Assembly: GCA_051531975.1 (NCBI GenBank)
Contig: JAOPTT010000009.1
Coordinates: forward strand, 96,001 to 160,000
DNA: 64,000 bases
Source: Spirochaetaceae bacterium
Lineage (GTDB): Bacteria > Spirochaetota > Spirochaetia > DSM-2461
Direction of reading: 5' to 3'
The notes under the pieces are model-generated. The model worked only from the letters and a program-made list of their open reading frames with translations, was not told the DNA's origin and made no database searches. Positions 60,546 through 64,000 of this stretch are shown in pieces (within the stretch, counting starts at the first letter, position 1; the number at the start of each line of letters is the position of its first letter). The position numbers and the translations under genes were made by a program.

Positions 60546-62564
60546 ATGAACTTTAAAATAAAGCTCTTTATATACATTTTTTTTATAATAAATATCTCAC
60601 TATTCTCTGAAGATTATTCTGAAATTGATTTTAAATATGACACTGTGGAATTAAGATGTTGTGCTGATTTTTATTGGGATCAAATCATCTATCCTACTGA
60701 TGCCTTTCCAGAAAGCAGTAAGAAGGTTACTTTCCCATACGATTGGAGTACAGATCCTGATTGCTCAGAGTGGGGCGAGGGTACATTTAAAACGACAATA
60801 AAAGTACCAAGAGAAAATTATAAACTAGGTATAAAACTATTTTATACTTTTAATAGCATAAGACTGTTTGTTAACGGAGATCTTGCCCTAGAATATGGTA
60901 TAAAAAATGGTGAAAATATAGAAAGTCATCAGCGTCAAGGTTCTGTCATTGTAGAGCTCCCAGATACTGAAGAAATAGAACTTATTTTTCATGTATATAA
61001 TTATGATGATAATTTTGGTGGGATATTAAAAGCTCCAGAGATTGGTCGGTATGACATTTTAAGTAAAAATCAGAATAGCACTATTATTTTTGAGGCATTT
61101 TTATTTGGAATGTTATTAATTACTGGGATGTTATACTGTAGCTTTTATATAAGTAAAAAGGACGATCCCTCGGCACTGTTTTTTGGACTATTTGCCATAG
61201 TTTTAGCATTTAGAACAGCTCTATATGGCGAGCATATTTTTGCACGAATTTTAAGTGATTTTCCACAAGAACTTGAAGCCACGTTAGGGCATCTTACATT
61301 CTATTTAGCTATTCCACTTTTTATAAAATTTATAGCAGAAGCATATACGTTTAGAAGATCTAAAATTATGGTCTACGGTATAAGTATTGTTAGTAGTATT
61401 TATATAGTTTTAGCAATAACAACTCCACATAGTTTCTATATTCAGTTTTTATCTATCTACCAAATTATAAGTATGTTATGTACCTTTTTTGCTGTTTATA
61501 TAATAATTAAAAGAGCCATAAAAGGGAATCAAGATGCTATCGTTACTCTTTGTGGTCTCACAGTATTGGTCTTAGCTGCAATTAACGATATTCTGTTTTC
61601 TCAGCAAATAGTTACTACATTTCATATGACTCCTGCGGGTATGATAATATTTGTAATGTCACAGGCACTTCTTCTAAGTTGGAATATAGCAAAAGCGTTT
61701 TCTAAATCTGAAAAACTTGCAGAAGAATTAACTTTTGCAAATATATCTTTTAAACGATTTGTTCCAGAAGAATTTCTTAAAATATTAGATAGAACCCAGG
61801 TTTCAGAAGTTGTATTAGGTGATCATACTCAACTTGAAATGACAATAATGTTTTGTGATATCAGAGACTTTACAACTCTTTCCGAAAAAATGTCTCCTAA
61901 AGAGAATTTTATGTTTATTAACTCATTTTTAGAGAGAATAGGTCCAGTTATTAGAAAAAATGGTGGGTTTATAGACAAATATATGGGGGATGGAATAATG
62001 TCCCTATTCCCTGGAGGGGCTGATACAGCAATAGATGCAGCTCTTTCAATGTTAGATGAATTAGAGGTATATAATAAACACCGTGGAAACTCAGGATACG
62101 ATAGTATTAATCTAGGAATAGGAATAAATACTGGTTCTCTAATGCTTGGGACAATCGGCGAGAATGAGAGAATGGATGGAACAGTTATATCGGATGCTGT
62201 TAATATATGTTCTAGAATCGAGTCTATAACTAAAGAGTACGGTTTAAGCATAGCAATAAGTGAAGAAACTTATCTGAGTCTAAAAGATAAAGAGAGACTA
62301 GAAGTAAGAAATATAGGTAAGATTTTATTAAAAGGTAAAAAGAAAGTAGTCTCTGTATTTGAACTTTTTAGCCATAACCTTCCTGAAATTGTAAAATTAA
62401 AAAAAGAGTTTAGACCCGCATTTGAGTCCGCTATAGAACTTTATGAACACAGCCATTTTAGTGATGCAAAAAAAATATTTGAAGAAATTCTTGCTAAGTT
62501 CCCAGAAGATTTTACCTGTAAAAGTTATATTGAAAAAATCAATTTTAACCTAAATTTAGTTTAA
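60546..62564 (+). CDS. Class III adenylate cyclase with extracellular domain and 7TM (DISM-like) region
   Basis: FCDIRDFT, DKYMGD, GIG.NTG, TVISDAVN..SR.E, LKGK. Confidence 0.9.
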   Translation: MNFKIKLFIYIFFIINISLFSEDYSEIDFKYDTVELRCCADFYWDQIIYPTDAFPESSKKVTFPYDWSTDPDCSEWGEGTFKTTIKVPRENYKLGIKLFYTFNSIRLFVNGDLALEYGIKNGENIESHQRQGSVIVELPDTEEIELIFHVYNYDDNFGGILKAPEIGRYDILSKNQNSTIIFEAFLFGMLLITGMLYCSFYISKKDDPSALFFGLFAIVLAFRTALYGEHIFARILSDFPQELEATLGHLTFYLAIPLFIKFIAEAYTFRRSKIMVYGISIVSSIYIVLAITTPHSFYIQFLSIYQIISMLCTFFAVYIIIKRAIKGNQDAIVTLCGLTVLVLAAINDILFSQQIVTTFHMTPAGMIIFVMSQALLLSWNIAKAFSKSEKLAEELTFANISFKRFVPEEFLKILDRTQVSEVVLGDHTQLEMTIMFCDIRDFTTLSEKMSPKENFMFINSFLERIGPVIRKNGGFIDKYMGDGIMSLFPGGADTAIDAALSMLDELEVYNKHRGNSGYDSINLGIGINTGSLMLGTIGENERMDGTVISDAVNICSRIESITKEYGLSIAISEETYLSLKDKERLEVRNIGKILLKGKKKVVSVFELFSHNLPEIVKLKKEFRPAFESAIELYEHSHFSDAKKIFEEILAKFPEDFTCKSYIEKINFNLNLV

Positions 62565-62646
62565 TCTGAGTATCATTATTAGAACCTGAAACCCTTTATA
62601 TTTGTTATCTTTTAATTTAAAATAACTTTAAGAGTGAGGTATTAAT

Positions 62647-63198
62647 ATGAGAGATGGACTAACACTGCCCTTGGTTATTAAAGATAAGAGTGGACAGGTG
62701 ATTTTTGCATTGTTAATTAACGAAAAAGGTTACAGAAAAACTATAGAGAATAATGAATTATGGATAATTAACTCAGATACAGAACGACTTTTACCCTATG
62801 AAGGTGAAGGTCAATATATATCAATAGAGGGACATGGTACTTGGTATAGTGCTGTTCTGGATATTGAGACAGATGAAAACGAATCAGATAATGATAAAAG
62901 TAATACTGTTATATCCGAAGATGAAATACCTGCAATTTTAACACACCTTAGAAACGTTATACATCAGAGAAAAATTGATATGCCGGAAGGTTCTTATACC
63001 ACACATCTGTTTGAAAAAGGTCTAGAAAAGATTAAGAAGAAGACAGGAGAAGAGGCTATTGAGCTTATTCTTGCGGTAGATAGAGAAGAAATAGTTTATG
63101 AAGCTGCAGATTTAATTTATCACATGATGGTTTTATTAGAAGAACATGGTGTAAATATCGATGAAGTTTTAGCAGAACTAAAAAGAAGAGAAGGTTAA
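62647..63198 (+). CDS. hisE: Phosphoribosyl-ATP diphosphatase with a degenerate N-terminal HisI-like region
   Basis: GSYT..LF..G..KI.KK.GEEA.E, EAADL.YH..VLL. Confidence 0.88.
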   Translation: MRDGLTLPLVIKDKSGQVIFALLINEKGYRKTIENNELWIINSDTERLLPYEGEGQYISIEGHGTWYSAVLDIETDENESDNDKSNTVISEDEIPAILTHLRNVIHQRKIDMPEGSYTTHLFEKGLEKIKKKTGEEAIELILAVDREEIVYEAADLIYHMMVLLEEHGVNIDEVLAELKRREG

Positions 63199-64000
63199 TG
63201 GATAAGTTAAATTATTTAGATAAAGTCGCCAATGGTATAACTCTATTTGATGGTGCAATGGGAACGATGCTCTACGATAGAGGTGTATTTATTAATCGGT
63301 GTTTTGAAGAGATTAATATTACATCTCCTAACCTAGTTTCTGACATATATAAAGAATATGTAGATGCAGGCGCTCATGTTTTAACAACAAATACTTACGG
63401 TGCTAATAAAATAAATTTGGGTGGTTATAATCTTGCAGATAAGGTCACAGACATTATTAATGCTGGTGTAAAACTTGCTAGAGAAGCCGCAGGAGAGACG
63501 ATTTTTGTTGCAGGCTCTATTGGCCGAGCACCTGAAGGTTCAGATCGATCTTTAGAAATTGAAGCCTTAACTGATCAAGCCAAACAGCTTATAGATGCTG
63601 GTGTAGATCTTATTTTATTTGAATCATTTTCAGATATCGAACTACTTTTAGAGATGTGTTCTATCGTAAAGGCAATTAAAGATATTCCAGTACAGGCACA
63701 ATTCACTCTGCCTCCAGTTGCTCCATCTGAATATAAAAAACTTGGAAGACTTTATGCCCAGAAACTAGATATCTCAAAGTTTACCGATGTAATTGGTATT
63801 AACTGTACAATGGGCCCTGGAGAGATGTTAGAGATACTTCAGGATACTATAAACTTTATACATAAACCTTTTGCAGTGATCCCTAATTCTGGACATCCTA
63901 AAGTAGTTGATGGCCGTCAGATATACCTTTCAACTCCTGAGTACTTTGCAGAGTATGCAAAACGATTCTTAGATGGAGGAGCCTCTGTTATTGGAGGATG
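63198..64000 (+). CDS. Homocysteine S-methyltransferase domain protein, probably YitJ-type bifunctional HMT/MTHFR (partial)
   Basis: Not in the ORF track because it runs off the end. ATG 63198 overlaps the hisE TAA. FDGAMGTML, GVFINRCFEE.N, AGA....TNT, GINC, PNSG.P, IGG at the edge. Confidence 0.85.
   Translation, partial: MDKLNYLDKVANGITLFDGAMGTMLYDRGVFINRCFEEINITSPNLVSDIYKEYVDAGAHVLTTNTYGANKINLGGYNLADKVTDIINAGVKLAREAAGETIFVAGSIGRAPEGSDRSLEIEALTDQAKQLIDAGVDLILFESFSDIELLLEMCSIVKAIKDIPVQAQFTLPPVAPSEYKKLGRLYAQKLDISKFTDVIGINCTMGPGEMLEILQDTINFIHKPFAVIPNSGHPKVVDGRQIYLSTPEYFAEYAKRFLDGGASVIGG

Noticed and set aside
110..62251. Short ORF-track entries antisense to or inside long genes (e.g. 110-319, 848-1129, 2186-2464, 7425-7757, 22508-23017, 27549-27956, 42002-42445, 54083-54460, 61829-62251)
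   Set aside because: Shadow ORFs of well-supported genes, with Ser/Ile/Leu-rich antisense composition and no motifs. Only 29240-29524 was kept as a finding, because of its SD.
1..64000. CRISPR arrays, tRNA/rRNA genes, IS elements, prophage genes
   Set aside because: Intergenic spaces are almost all under 260 bp. I saw no repeat-spacer pattern, cloverleaf, transposase, integrase or phage protein.

Overview
AT-rich (roughly 30% GC by eye), densely coding bacterial chromosomal segment. It is probably from a free-living anaerobic spirochaete; this is inferred from the stand-alone spirochaete/mitochondrial-type EF-G and the overall gene content. About 48 CDS are supported. Housekeeping and repair genes: fusA, recC-recB-recD, sbcD-sbcC, hisE, and a YitJ-like methyltransferase cut by the window edge. 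Anaerobic and stress genes: CoA-substrate activase fusion, rubrerythrin, ptb, Fe-ADH, glyoxalase I. Transporters: SLC12-like, Fe3+/Afu-type ABC, MFS. Signalling genes: PP2C phosphatase, GGDEF-EAL, adenylate cyclase, pseudo-receiver. There are two accessory-looking blocks: GNAT / Rph-like dikinase / MerR / oxidoreductase, and FGE-domain / HipBA / secreted WD40-caspase. I saw no rRNA, tRNA, CRISPR array or IS. The best leads are: (1) a Sia-like partner-switch module in which kinase-like and STAS/SiaC-like halves are fused in one ORF but keep an internal in-frame SD+ATG, directly upstream of recCBD; (2) pervasive leaderless gene starts, with a -10 box 5-8 nt before the start codon in about 16 genes; (3) an Rph-architecture small-molecule dikinase cassette with a clear MerR operator; (4) several catalytically degenerate domains. 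All family calls come from motif recognition by eye, not database searches.
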